Shown piece after piece: positions 1-7,587 of a stretch of 64,000 nucleotides of DNA. A model generated the notes under the pieces. It was not told where the DNA came from and did no database searches. It saw only the letters and a program-made list of their open reading frames with translations. Every line of letters begins with the position of its first letter. Positions within the stretch are counted from its first letter, which is position 1. The stretch comes from Minisyncoccota bacterium (GTDB lineage Bacteria > Patescibacteriota > Minisyncoccia > Phycocordibacterales > UBA9973). Both the position numbers and the translations under genes were made by a program. The stretch spans positions 10,703 to 74,702 of the forward strand of contig JBAYHW010000004.1 in the NCBI GenBank assembly GCA_041665925.1, in the 5' to 3' direction.

Positions 1-134
1 CACTCATTGCATTCACTTGTAAGTTCCATCATATCTTCCGGGCAAGGATCTGTGGCATTCCGCAGCCTGTAGATGTACGCGAAGCTAACGCCAATTATTA
101 TTATCGCAACGACAATAATCCATTTTTTCTTCAT
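1..134 (-). CDS. small membrane protein, 3-prime partial (runs off window start); MKKKWIIVVAIIIIGVSFAYIY...
   Basis: Manual translation of minus strand; N-terminal TM helix; ATG at 132-134 (rc) preceded by shared 17-mer leader motif. Confidence 0.3.
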   Translation of the reverse strand, partial: MKKKWIIVVAIIIIGVSFAYIYRLRNATDPCPEDMMELTSECNE

Positions 135-170
135 TTTTAAATACTAGCAAAAATATGTTAAAATAGCACT

Positions 171-245
171 ACTTGTCCCGTACTAAATTTTTGATTACGT
201 GGTACAATGATAAATATTATTATATAAAATTTTAGTACCGGGATG
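171..245 (+). repeat. start-codon-embedded inverted-repeat element, subfamily A (ATG = exonuclease start 243)
   Basis: ACTTGTCCCGTACTAAATTTT ... AAAATTTTAGTACCGGGATG. Confidence 0.7.
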
Positions 246-956
246 CCAAAACTAATATTTTTTGATACAGAGACCACAGGCAACACTGAAGAAGACTTTT
301 TAGTCCAGATTGCTTATAAAACTGGCGATGAATCTTTTTCCGAACTTTATAAACCAGAAATAAAAATTCCTCCGGAAGCTTCCGCGGTGCATCACATCAC
401 GAATAAGATGGTAGAAAATAAACCCACCTTTAAAGAAAGCACTGATCAACCAATTATTAAAAAACTTTTTGAAGATAAAGATTCAGTCGTCGTCGCTCAC
501 AATGCCCCCTTTGACCTGATGGTCATAAAAAAGGAAGATATCATACCGAAAAATTTCATTTGTACTCTGCGCGTAGCCCGCGAGCTAGACCCCGAAGGAA
601 AAATTGAACGCTACAATTTACAATATTTACGTTACTTACTAGACCTAGACGTGGAAGCTACAGCGCACGATGCCCTCGGTGACGTTTTAGTATTAGAAAA
701 ACTTTTTGATAGATTGAAAAATAAACTTACTGAAAGTGGTTTAAGTGAAGACGAAGCTATTGCGAAAATGATAGAAATTTCTTCGCATCCATCAATCTTT
801 CGTACCTTCAGCTTCGGCAAGCATAACGGTAAAAAGATAGAGGAAGTACTCACCACCGACCGCGGATACCTGGAGTGGCTACTTGCCCAGAAGCTCGAAA
901 GTGGCCAGCTAGAAGAAGATTGGATTTACACTCTAAAGCATCATTTGGAGAAATAG
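243..956 (+). CDS. DnaQ-like DEDDh 3-prime-5-prime exonuclease with small C-terminal domain
   Basis: Exo motifs FFDTETTG, HNAPFD, HDALGD in ORF translation. Confidence 0.8.
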   Translation: MPKLIFFDTETTGNTEEDFLVQIAYKTGDESFSELYKPEIKIPPEASAVHHITNKMVENKPTFKESTDQPIIKKLFEDKDSVVVAHNAPFDLMVIKKEDIIPKNFICTLRVARELDPEGKIERYNLQYLRYLLDLDVEATAHDALGDVLVLEKLFDRLKNKLTESGLSEDEAIAKMIEISSHPSIFRTFSFGKHNGKKIEEVLTTDRGYLEWLLAQKLESGQLEEDWIYTLKHHLEK

Positions 957-1027
957 CTATTTCGTGTTATAATAAAAGTAGTTTCGCACAAAATTCATTG
1001 CGCATAAGCGCTGGAGGGACAAAAATA

Positions 1028-1231
1028 ATGCTTCATAAAGGCATCGTGCTCATTTTTGGAGAAGAAGGTTCCCTGCGGGGAACGTTCATCTCCGAGAGGA
1101 GTAACATACCGGCCCCCATCCCTGATTTCCCCCCCACATATCTTGAAGCGGTGGAGTGGATCAGGGAAAGAGCGGCCGATAAAGGTCACAAGGTTCGAGC
1201 GGCCCGCTCGTCCGCGTACCTCATCGAGTAG
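1028..1231 (+). CDS. small SD-led protein (67 aa) inside GC-rich island 1, unknown function
   Basis: GGAGGG at 1013-1018, 9 nt before ATG 1028; GC-rich codon usage; followed by terminator. Confidence 0.4.
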   Translation: MLHKGIVLIFGEEGSLRGTFISERSNIPAPIPDFPPTYLEAVEWIRERAADKGHKVRAARSSAYLIE

Positions 1232-1244
1232 AAGCATCGTCACG

Positions 1245-1287
1245 GTCGTCGGGAGAGCGTCAGCTCACCGGCGACTCTTCTTTTTTT
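1245..1287 (+). terminator. rho-independent terminator (8-bp GC stem incl. one G-U, then TCTTCTTTTTTT)
   Basis: gtcgtcgg/ccggcgac stem, 15-nt loop, T-run. Confidence 0.6.
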
Positions 1288-1311
1288 ACTTAAAGTGATA
1301 GAATATAAAAT

Positions 1312-2301
1312 ATGGAAAATGCTTTAGGAATAATAATTGGATTAATTGTCGGGGGGATTTTTGTTTATTTTGTTTTGAATAAAAAGAAAGAAGAAACTAA
1401 AACCGAAGACAGCCCGGCGCTTCTTATGCTTCAGCAACAGATGGCAGAGCTCACTCGTGAAGTAAATAAAAATTTAGTAGAAGTCGCTCGAGAACAAACG
1501 AAAACAAATGAAGCTACTAGGCAATTCGTAACCATCGCCGAAAAGCTCGGAGACTTGGAAAAAACTTTAAAACATCAGAAGCAGCGCGGAAACTGGGGCG
1601 AAGCATCACTCGAGCTTATTCTTTCAAACACCTTAGCACCCGGGCAGTTTAAAATGCAGTATGAATTTAAAAATAAAGAAGTGGTAGACGCTGTGATTAT
1701 TACTAAAGAAGGAATTATCCCGATTGATGCGAAATTTTCTTTAGACAATTACGACCGCGTGGTGCACGCGATAGATGACAGACAAAGAGAAGAACTAGAG
1801 AAAGAATTTAAAAATGATTTGAAAAAGCGCATTGATGAAACTTCGAAATACGTCCGCCCCGAAGAAGGCACACTCCCCTTCGCCTTTATGTATATTCCCG
1901 CAGAAGCTATTTATTATGATCTCCTAGTAAACGAAGTCGGGTCAATTAAAGTAAATACTAGAAACCTCATAGACTACGCCTACAACGAGAAAAAGGTTAT
2001 CGTGATTTCTCCGACGACATTCATGGCTTATTTACAATCCGTTCTTTATGGATTCAAGGCTTTTAAAATTGAAGAATCTGCGAAAGAGATAATAAAAAAA
2101 GTGAGTGACTTAACAAAACATTTAAAATCATACGAGGAATATCACAACAAGCTTGGGAATGCCATAGGCACTGTCGTCAATCATTACCAAGCTTCTGGTA
2201 GAGAATATAAAAAAATTGATAAAGATGTTTTAAGAATTACTGGCACGTCGCCAGACATAAATCTTTTGGAAATAGAAAAACCAAAAGTTGATGTAGATTA
2301 A
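1312..2301 (+). CDS. rmuC: DNA recombination protein RmuC family
   Basis: N-terminal TM, coiled coil, RmuC-like C-terminal region in translation. Confidence 0.8.
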   Translation: MENALGIIIGLIVGGIFVYFVLNKKKEETKTEDSPALLMLQQQMAELTREVNKNLVEVAREQTKTNEATRQFVTIAEKLGDLEKTLKHQKQRGNWGEASLELILSNTLAPGQFKMQYEFKNKEVVDAVIITKEGIIPIDAKFSLDNYDRVVHAIDDRQREELEKEFKNDLKKRIDETSKYVRPEEGTLPFAFMYIPAEAIYYDLLVNEVGSIKVNTRNLIDYAYNEKKVIVISPTTFMAYLQSVLYGFKAFKIEESAKEIIKKVSDLTKHLKSYEEYHNKLGNAIGTVVNHYQASGREYKKIDKDVLRITGTSPDINLLEIEKPKVDVD

Positions 2302-2340
2302 AAAAAGTCAGGGCAGGGACGCTTCGGCGTTCCTGCCCTT
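2301..2340 (-). terminator. rho-independent terminator with UUCG tetraloop (also follows rmuC on + strand)
   Basis: agggcagg...cctgccct stem extended by gacgc/gcgtt, loop ttcg; A-run 2301-2306 = T-run on minus strand. Confidence 0.7.
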
Positions 2341-2352
2341 TGCTGTCTCGCT

Positions 2353-2544
2353 CTAGGCAGACAGCTTGATGGCATCCTCGGCGGCTTTCTTGGCCGCGAT
2401 GAGTGCCTCGTTCTTTTCTCTTTCCTTCGCGAACCAATCAGGTGCCGGTTCGCGTCGGTCAAGAACTCCGAGGACAATCATCCCAAAAAACGCCGAGAGC
2501 CAAATGGCGTTTTCGAGAAAGAGTCTCCCGATCACCGTCAACAT
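2353..2544 (-). CDS. small SD-led membrane protein (63 aa) in GC-rich island 2
   Basis: SD AGGAGA 5 nt upstream of ATG (rc); one TM helix; GC-rich. Confidence 0.5.
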   Translation of the reverse strand: MLTVIGRLFLENAIWLSAFFGMIVLGVLDRREPAPDWFAKEREKNEALIAAKKAAEDAIKLSA

Positions 2545-2629
2545 ATGACTCTCCTGTGAATTCCCCCGTTCGAATTGAGCGGGTTACGTTCCTTAAAGGT
2601 ATACAACTCGTATAAAATTCGTCAAGTAA

Positions 2630-2680
2630 AAAAGTGTATAAAAATGTAAAGGGACAGTAACGACGAATCGTTACTGTCCC
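2630..2680 (-). terminator. rho-independent terminator (13-bp stem gggacagtaacga/tcgttactgtccc, loop cgaa, T-rich tail on minus strand)
   Basis: Perfect inverted repeat 2651-2680 followed on minus strand by tttacattttt. Confidence 0.7.
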
Positions 2681-2748
2681 TGTTGAGCATAATTGCTCGA
2701 TACTTTCACTCACCTTCTCCCGGGTGAGCTCCGGTGGACACTAGTTCG

Positions 2749-3411
2749 TCACGCGACGAAATAGTGATGACGACCGCACCCGTGGCAGAACGCCCAGTAC
2801 CTCGTACCAGCGGCCGGAGCCGGCGGGGCGGGAGGCGCGGGCGGAACGGGTCGGCGACCTCGGCGAGCCTCGTGGCTGTCCAACAGCCTGTCGATCATTC
2901 CCGCGAGCAGTGCGAGCGCGAGGCCGAGAGCGAGGAGTCCGAGAACGAGACCAAGGAGGCCCATACCGAGCCATCCCCAGAACCCCAACCCGGACCAGAA
3001 ACCCTGTGTCGCCGGCGGGCAGGCCGGAGGACATGTGACGCACGGCGACGGGCACTGCGGGCAGGCGGGACACGGAACGACGGTCGGCTTCGGAGCAGGC
3101 GGTACGGGGAACGCCACGAGGCGATTCCCACAGGCCGCCTTGTAGCGGATGACGCCGTCGGCATCGACGAGGACGAGATCCCCGGCGACGACCGTGACGA
3201 GCTCGAAGATTCCGCGGGTCCGGTTGAACCCGAGGAAGTCGGTGGACTCGGTCAGGCGGATGGGACGAAGCCCCATATCCGCCATCTGCGCCGTCGTGAG
3301 CGGGCCGACGGTGACGGGGTACTTGTCGAGCTCGGCTCCGGTCGGGACGGGACTCGCCAGCGACACGCTGGCAAAAACGAAAACAGCGATGACGATGAGC
3401 AAATTACGCAT
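2749..3411 (-). CDS. secreted, membrane-anchored Pro/Cys-rich protein (signal peptide, ~85-aa domain, PxP and CPxCP repeats, C-terminal TM)
   Basis: SD AAGGAGGG at 3421-3428 (rc), ATG at 3411; signal peptide MRNLLIVIAVFVFASVSLA; very GC-rich codons. Confidence 0.6.
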   Translation of the reverse strand: MRNLLIVIAVFVFASVSLASPVPTGAELDKYPVTVGPLTTAQMADMGLRPIRLTESTDFLGFNRTRGIFELVTVVAGDLVLVDADGVIRYKAACGNRLVAFPVPPAPKPTVVPCPACPQCPSPCVTCPPACPPATQGFWSGLGFWGWLGMGLLGLVLGLLALGLALALLAGMIDRLLDSHEARRGRRPVPPAPPAPPAPAAGTRYWAFCHGCGRHHYFVA

Positions 3412-3555
3412 TTTTTTGGCCCTCCTTTGAGCCAATCAGGTGTGACCTATCCGGCCACAATCCCTTCTACCACATATTATAGCATAATAAATACCTACTT
3501 GTCAAGCACACATAGAACCCTTGCTTGTCAAATAGAAGCTTGATATAATGTAAAT

Positions 3556-4059
3556 ATGGACAAAGATGAGATAGACAAATTATTGTTCAGGAGAAAGGAT
3601 GAAGACATCAATAAAAAAGATGCATATATTGATTATTGCCTAGAACAATACCGTATCTACCTCCACGTCTTCAACTCCACGAGTGACCGCAGTCAAAAAG
3701 CCAACGAATTCTTCCTCGGGCTAAACGCCGCCATCATAGGTATCCTCGGATACGTAGAAACGAAAGTCTTACCTCATGGAAATATAATTTTTGGGTTAAT
3801 CCCCTTCATCGGCATCAGCATCAGTTATTCTTGGTATAGAATAATTAATTCTTACAGTCAGCTCAACCGCGCGAAATTTAAAGTCATCCACACCCTAGAA
3901 GAAAAGCTACCGATAGCTTTATTTGAAACAGAGTGGAGTCTTCTCGGCAAAGGCTTAGATCCGAAAAAATATGTTCACTTCTCAAAAATTGAAAGAAACA
4001 TCCCTATGACTTTCATAGTGCTTTATGTTGTGATTTTAGTGGCGACGTTGATGAGTTAA
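3556..4059 (+). CDS. hypothetical 2-TM membrane protein (167 aa)
   Basis: ORF with AT-rich host-like composition; two predicted TM helices; promoter-like TTGTCA/TATAAT upstream. Confidence 0.5.
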   Translation: MDKDEIDKLLFRRKDEDINKKDAYIDYCLEQYRIYLHVFNSTSDRSQKANEFFLGLNAAIIGILGYVETKVLPHGNIIFGLIPFIGISISYSWYRIINSYSQLNRAKFKVIHTLEEKLPIALFETEWSLLGKGLDPKKYVHFSKIERNIPMTFIVLYVVILVATLMS

Positions 4060-4062
4060 ATG

Positions 4063-4098
4063 AAAAAACAGTAGCGGCCTCCAGGTGCTACTGTTTTT
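4063..4098. terminator. bidirectional rho-independent terminator between convergent genes
   Basis: aacagtagc...gctactgtt stem flanked by A-run and T-run. Confidence 0.65.
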
Positions 4099-4387
4099 GA
4101 TCGGCATCATGCCGTACCGGTTTGCCGAGGATTCGGCACGTATAATTATACTGCGCCTTTTCTAGTCGCTCGGCCTCCTCGCTCCAGTAATCGTGACGCT
4201 CTTTGAACTCCGCATTGAGTTCATAGAAATGAGCCACTGTCTGGCACTCGAGGATTCGGACGGCGAACGCCGCCAAGCGCCACCGGCGCCATGCGAGAAT
4301 CACTCTCCTGCGAAACCGCATGACGAGCAGGACTCCCGCAAGCTTCCAGGCGATGGCAGCCAGCAAAAGTGTTGTCCTCAGTGTCAT
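4088..4387 (-). CDS. small SD-led membrane protein (99 aa, TM then Arg/Trp-rich segment) in GC-rich island 6
   Basis: SD AAGGAGG 6 nt upstream of ATG (rc of 4385-4387); GC-rich. Confidence 0.5.
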   Translation of the reverse strand: MTLRTTLLLAAIAWKLAGVLLVMRFRRRVILAWRRWRLAAFAVRILECQTVAHFYELNAEFKERHDYWSEEAERLEKAQYNYTCRILGKPVRHDADQKQ

Positions 4388-4460
4388 GTGAACCTCCTTT
4401 TCAAAAATAATATAGCATAGAGTAAAATAAAATGTTATATTCTTTTCTGAAGGTATTTTC

Positions 4461-4532
4461 GGCTCTATCGTCTAACGGTTAGGACATATCCTTCTCAAGG
4501 ATAGAATCGCGGTTCGATTCCGCGTAGAGTCA
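4461..4532 (+). tRNA. tRNA-Glu(CTC)
   Basis: Cloverleaf by hand: acceptor GGCTCTA/TAGAGTC (G2-U71), anticodon loop TTCTCAA, T-loop TTCGATT. Confidence 0.85.
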
Positions 4533-4539
4533 CACGACC

Positions 4540-4570
4540 AAAAAGCACTAGAATATTCTAGTGCTTTTTG
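4540..4570 (+). terminator. rho-independent terminator directly after tRNA-Glu
   Basis: agcactagaat/attctagtgct perfect stem then TTTTT. Confidence 0.75.
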
Positions 4571-4624
4571 CTGTCGCTAGTGATCTCCTGACGGAGAGAA
4601 TCGAAAGCCGGAAGCCGGCGGGCT

Positions 4625-4668
4625 GAGGCGGGGTCGCGAGATTTTTCAGAAGAAAAATACTTGTGACC
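4625..4668 (+). repeat. 44-nt tRNA-3-prime-flank repeat, copy A (inverted copy at 30728..30771)
   Basis: gaggcggggtcgcgagatttttcagaagaaaaatacttgtgacc; 43/44 identical to reverse complement of 30728..30771. Confidence 0.8.
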
Positions 4669-4684
4669 GAAAGCGTACTCGCGT

Positions 4685-4701
4685 TTCCGCGTAGAGTCAC
4701 A
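4685..4701 (+). repeat. direct repeat of the 3-prime end of tRNA-Glu(CTC) (ttccgcgtagagtcaca), att-like
   Basis: 17/17 identical to 4518..4534. Confidence 0.7.
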
Positions 4702-4709
4702 AAACAAAT

Positions 4710-5645
4710 CTAAATCTTCTGCCAAGTGTCTCGGTATAGCAAAACTGGAGTCTTGCCGTTTTGGTTTTTTCGGAATTGCCACATTGCAGATTGAGAAAAT
4801 AATAAATCTCTTAGCATGCTTGTTGTCGCTTTTGGGTATTTTATTAGTTTTTTGAATAAGGCTAACCACACTTTGGGACTCGTTAAAATTTTCCTTTTCA
4901 TTTCTACCAACCAATATTCATATGTGAAATGATAATCTTCTGTGCCGTCTTCTCTACTGACAAGCTTGAAATAGTTCCCTGCATTTTTCTCCAACTGGTC
5001 CCCGTATGGATACCAGCCCCCGAAGTCTTCTAAAAGAAATCTCGCGAAATGATAATTACTAGAACCATAAAGAAAATTTTTAGAACCCTTTATAATTTCT
5101 TTCGGATCGATAAAACTATTAAAATGCGATACAGTAGTGACCACATGTCCCCCAGGTTTTAATAATCTATAAAAAATTTCAAACATTTCCTTGTAAATCG
5201 TGTCTTGCTTACCGTCTATCACATCCTGCACTTGGACGAAATGCTCAATGGAACCATTGGCAATGATGCCATCAAAACTATTATCCCAATCATGTGGAAT
5301 ATTTTTATAATTCATTAGATAAGCAACAAGCCCATCTTGTGTACACCTACTCACCTGCTCTTTAGAAATTGTTACCCCCACGGCGTCTGCCCCGCGTTCT
5401 TTAATAGCTCCCAAGATCCTGCCGTTTCCACAACCTACGTCTAAAATACGACTCCCGACTTTGCAGTGGACTTGATCTAATAAATATTCTGCTTGATTTC
5501 TCTGAGCTATCTCGTGCGATAAAGACTTATCGCCAAAATATTTACCATCAGTGAAGTCCTTTACCCCACCTGCTATCGCCGCGTCTAAAATGTCGTAACA
5601 CCTTATGACCGTTTCTGACGTATTTGTTAAAAATTTTGAAGTCAT
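4710..5645 (-). CDS. class I SAM-dependent methyltransferase (cyclopropane-fatty-acid-synthase-like)
   Basis: Motif ILDVGCGNG and downstream MTase motifs. Confidence 0.7.
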   Translation of the reverse strand: MTSKFLTNTSETVIRCYDILDAAIAGGVKDFTDGKYFGDKSLSHEIAQRNQAEYLLDQVHCKVGSRILDVGCGNGRILGAIKERGADAVGVTISKEQVSRCTQDGLVAYLMNYKNIPHDWDNSFDGIIANGSIEHFVQVQDVIDGKQDTIYKEMFEIFYRLLKPGGHVVTTVSHFNSFIDPKEIIKGSKNFLYGSSNYHFARFLLEDFGGWYPYGDQLEKNAGNYFKLVSREDGTEDYHFTYEYWLVEMKRKILTSPKVWLALFKKLIKYPKATTSMLRDLLFSQSAMWQFRKNQNGKTPVLLYRDTWQKI

Positions 5646-5650
5646 AAATT

Positions 5651-6847
5651 TTATATCATGGAGTCCATAGGCACGTCCTCTGGAAGCTCAAGCTGAGTTA
5701 AATTTTTTCTCTTACGATACAAAACCCAAAAAGCCAAGAGTAAACAAAGTGCACTAAAAAGAAAAGGCATTGATTTATTGGCGTCAAACATTATTCCCGA
5801 AAGAAAAGGACTAATGGTCATACTGAGCGAAGTTATTGAAGCTAAAATCCCCAAGACTTCACCTCTTTCGTGTACTGGAGTCTGCCCAACAACCTGACTC
5901 GTCATCACAACTCTGAGAATGGATTGCCCGAAGGTCGTCAGCACCAAGGCTAAAGCAAAGATAAGAAAAGTTTTAGTATTTAAAAATAAAAACCCAACAA
6001 CAAAGACAATTAGCATAAGTAGCTCTAGAGTGGGCTCTTTAAAATATTTAAGCCAAATATGCTTCATGGCTAAACCTTGATTTATAGCGATGATAACTCC
6101 GATGGCTGCAAACACAAACCCCACAATCAATTCATTGAAGTAAAAAACGTCTCGCATATATAGAGAAAAGATTGATTGAAAGCTAGCAATAGCTAAACCG
6201 AATAAAAACCATGCTAGATAATTCCCCCGAAGGGCGTAACTCTTTACTGCACGCAATAAAGGAATAAAGGGGTTAATGGTAATAGCTCTCGTGCTTAAAT
6301 TTTTATGCGTTTCCGGTAAAATAAAATAAGCTAAGACACCATTGGTTAAGGCAAGCGCCCCAACAAACCAAAACGGCACAGAATGCCCGAAGTGACCCAA
6401 GACTCCCCCAAGGGAAGGTCCGACAATAAAGCCTATTCCAAACACAGCTCCAATAACACCCAAGTTTACTGTTCTTTCCTTATCATCTTTCGCTAAGTCC
6501 GACAGGTAACTCTGAGCAATAGGAAAATTCCCTGCCATAACTCCATCTATTATTCGCCCAATAAAAAGAAATAATATATTTGGCGCGCCTGCGAATACAA
6601 ACCATCCTATGGCGGTGCTAAAAATACTCATGATAAGCACTGGCCGACGTCCAATGCGATCCGAAAGCGCTCCTAGCACAGGTGCACTAAAAAAAGAACA
6701 TAAGGCATACACAGCGAAAAGAGATGTAATCAATAGGGCTGACTTACTGAAACCAGAAACATAAAAAGGAAGAATAGGGATAACTACCCCGAGCCCGATA
6801 ACATCAATAAAAACTGTAAGTAAAATTGTAATTTTCGTTTTGGACAT
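5651..6847 (-). CDS. MFS transporter (drug:H+ antiporter-like)
   Basis: 12-TM profile; MFS signature GRRPVL-like loop in translation. Confidence 0.8.
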   Translation of the reverse strand: MSKTKITILLTVFIDVIGLGVVIPILPFYVSGFSKSALLITSLFAVYALCSFFSAPVLGALSDRIGRRPVLIMSIFSTAIGWFVFAGAPNILFLFIGRIIDGVMAGNFPIAQSYLSDLAKDDKERTVNLGVIGAVFGIGFIVGPSLGGVLGHFGHSVPFWFVGALALTNGVLAYFILPETHKNLSTRAITINPFIPLLRAVKSYALRGNYLAWFLFGLAIASFQSIFSLYMRDVFYFNELIVGFVFAAIGVIIAINQGLAMKHIWLKYFKEPTLELLMLIVFVVGFLFLNTKTFLIFALALVLTTFGQSILRVVMTSQVVGQTPVHERGEVLGILASITSLSMTISPFLSGIMFDANKSMPFLFSALCLLLAFWVLYRKRKNLTQLELPEDVPMDSMI

Positions 6848-6893
6848 AAAAATACATTATATATATATTAACATTATCACACAGAAATAAATA

Positions 6894-7577
6894 ATGGTGT
6901 GCTATAATTTTCAAGTGAAGATAATTTTAAAACTTCTGCGAATTATCCTAGGGATTTTCCTAATTCCCTTCTGCATAGGTTCTGTTATTGCTCTCTACTA
7001 CATTCTTCTAAGTACCGGCTCTGCTCATATGATCTGGTCCTCAATGCTCGCTGGAGTGGCGACGTGGCTACTTATTTATTTCTTCTTACCAGAACCGAAA
7101 TGGCTGTACGTCTTAGGGCATGAGCTCACTCACGCTCTGTGGTCTTGGGGCTTTGGTGGTAAATTAAAAAAAATTAAAGTAAATAGTGATGGTGGGCACG
7201 TACTCATAACCAAGGCGAATTTTCTGACGTCTCTTGCCCCATATTTTTTCCCTTTGTACGTAGTCCTTATCGTGATTATTTTTGTAATCGGCAACTATTT
7301 CTGGAATTGGAATCCGTATATCTTATGGTTTTATTTTTTAATAGGAATGATGTATGCTTTTCATATAACCCTTACTGTTAGCACATTAAAAATAAAACAG
7401 CCAGATATTGTGCAAGAAGGTTACATTTTTTCTGCTGTAGTTATTTTCCTCGGGAATGTGCTAATTCTTCTCGTGGGCATACCGCTCTTAACAAATAAAA
7501 TGGAGGTCTCTATGGCGATAAATTTGTGGCTAAGTTATTCGGCGCAAATATATAATTATTTAAGTAACTTTATTTAA
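6894..7577 (+). CDS. integral membrane protein with HExxH motif (putative zincin-like metallopeptidase)
   Basis: GHELTHALW motif between TM helices. Confidence 0.4.
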   Translation: MVCYNFQVKIILKLLRIILGIFLIPFCIGSVIALYYILLSTGSAHMIWSSMLAGVATWLLIYFFLPEPKWLYVLGHELTHALWSWGFGGKLKKIKVNSDGGHVLITKANFLTSLAPYFFPLYVVLIVIIFVIGNYFWNWNPYILWFYFLIGMMYAFHITLTVSTLKIKQPDIVQEGYIFSAVVIFLGNVLILLVGIPLLTNKMEVSMAINLWLSYSAQIYNYLSNFI

Positions 7578-7587
7578 ATATATTTTT

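Noticed and set aside
957-1290. GC-rich segment as a structured ncRNA (tmRNA, RNase P RNA or 6S)
   Set aside because: I looked for the tmRNA 5-prime GGGG and 3-prime tRNA-like end, RNase P CR-I/CR-V blocks and the SRP motif and found none. The segment instead has a strong SD plus ATG at 1028 and a 67-aa ORF ending at a terminator. It is kept as a low-confidence CDS, and ncRNA is not fully excluded.
2734-3543. 269-aa + strand ORF, plus overlapping ORFs 2741..3073, 2895..3164 and 3149..3430
   Set aside because: These are antisense and alternative-frame readings of very GC-rich DNA. The minus-strand frame 2749..3411 has an SD, a signal peptide and a terminator. The others have none and are typical GC-rich spurious ORFs.
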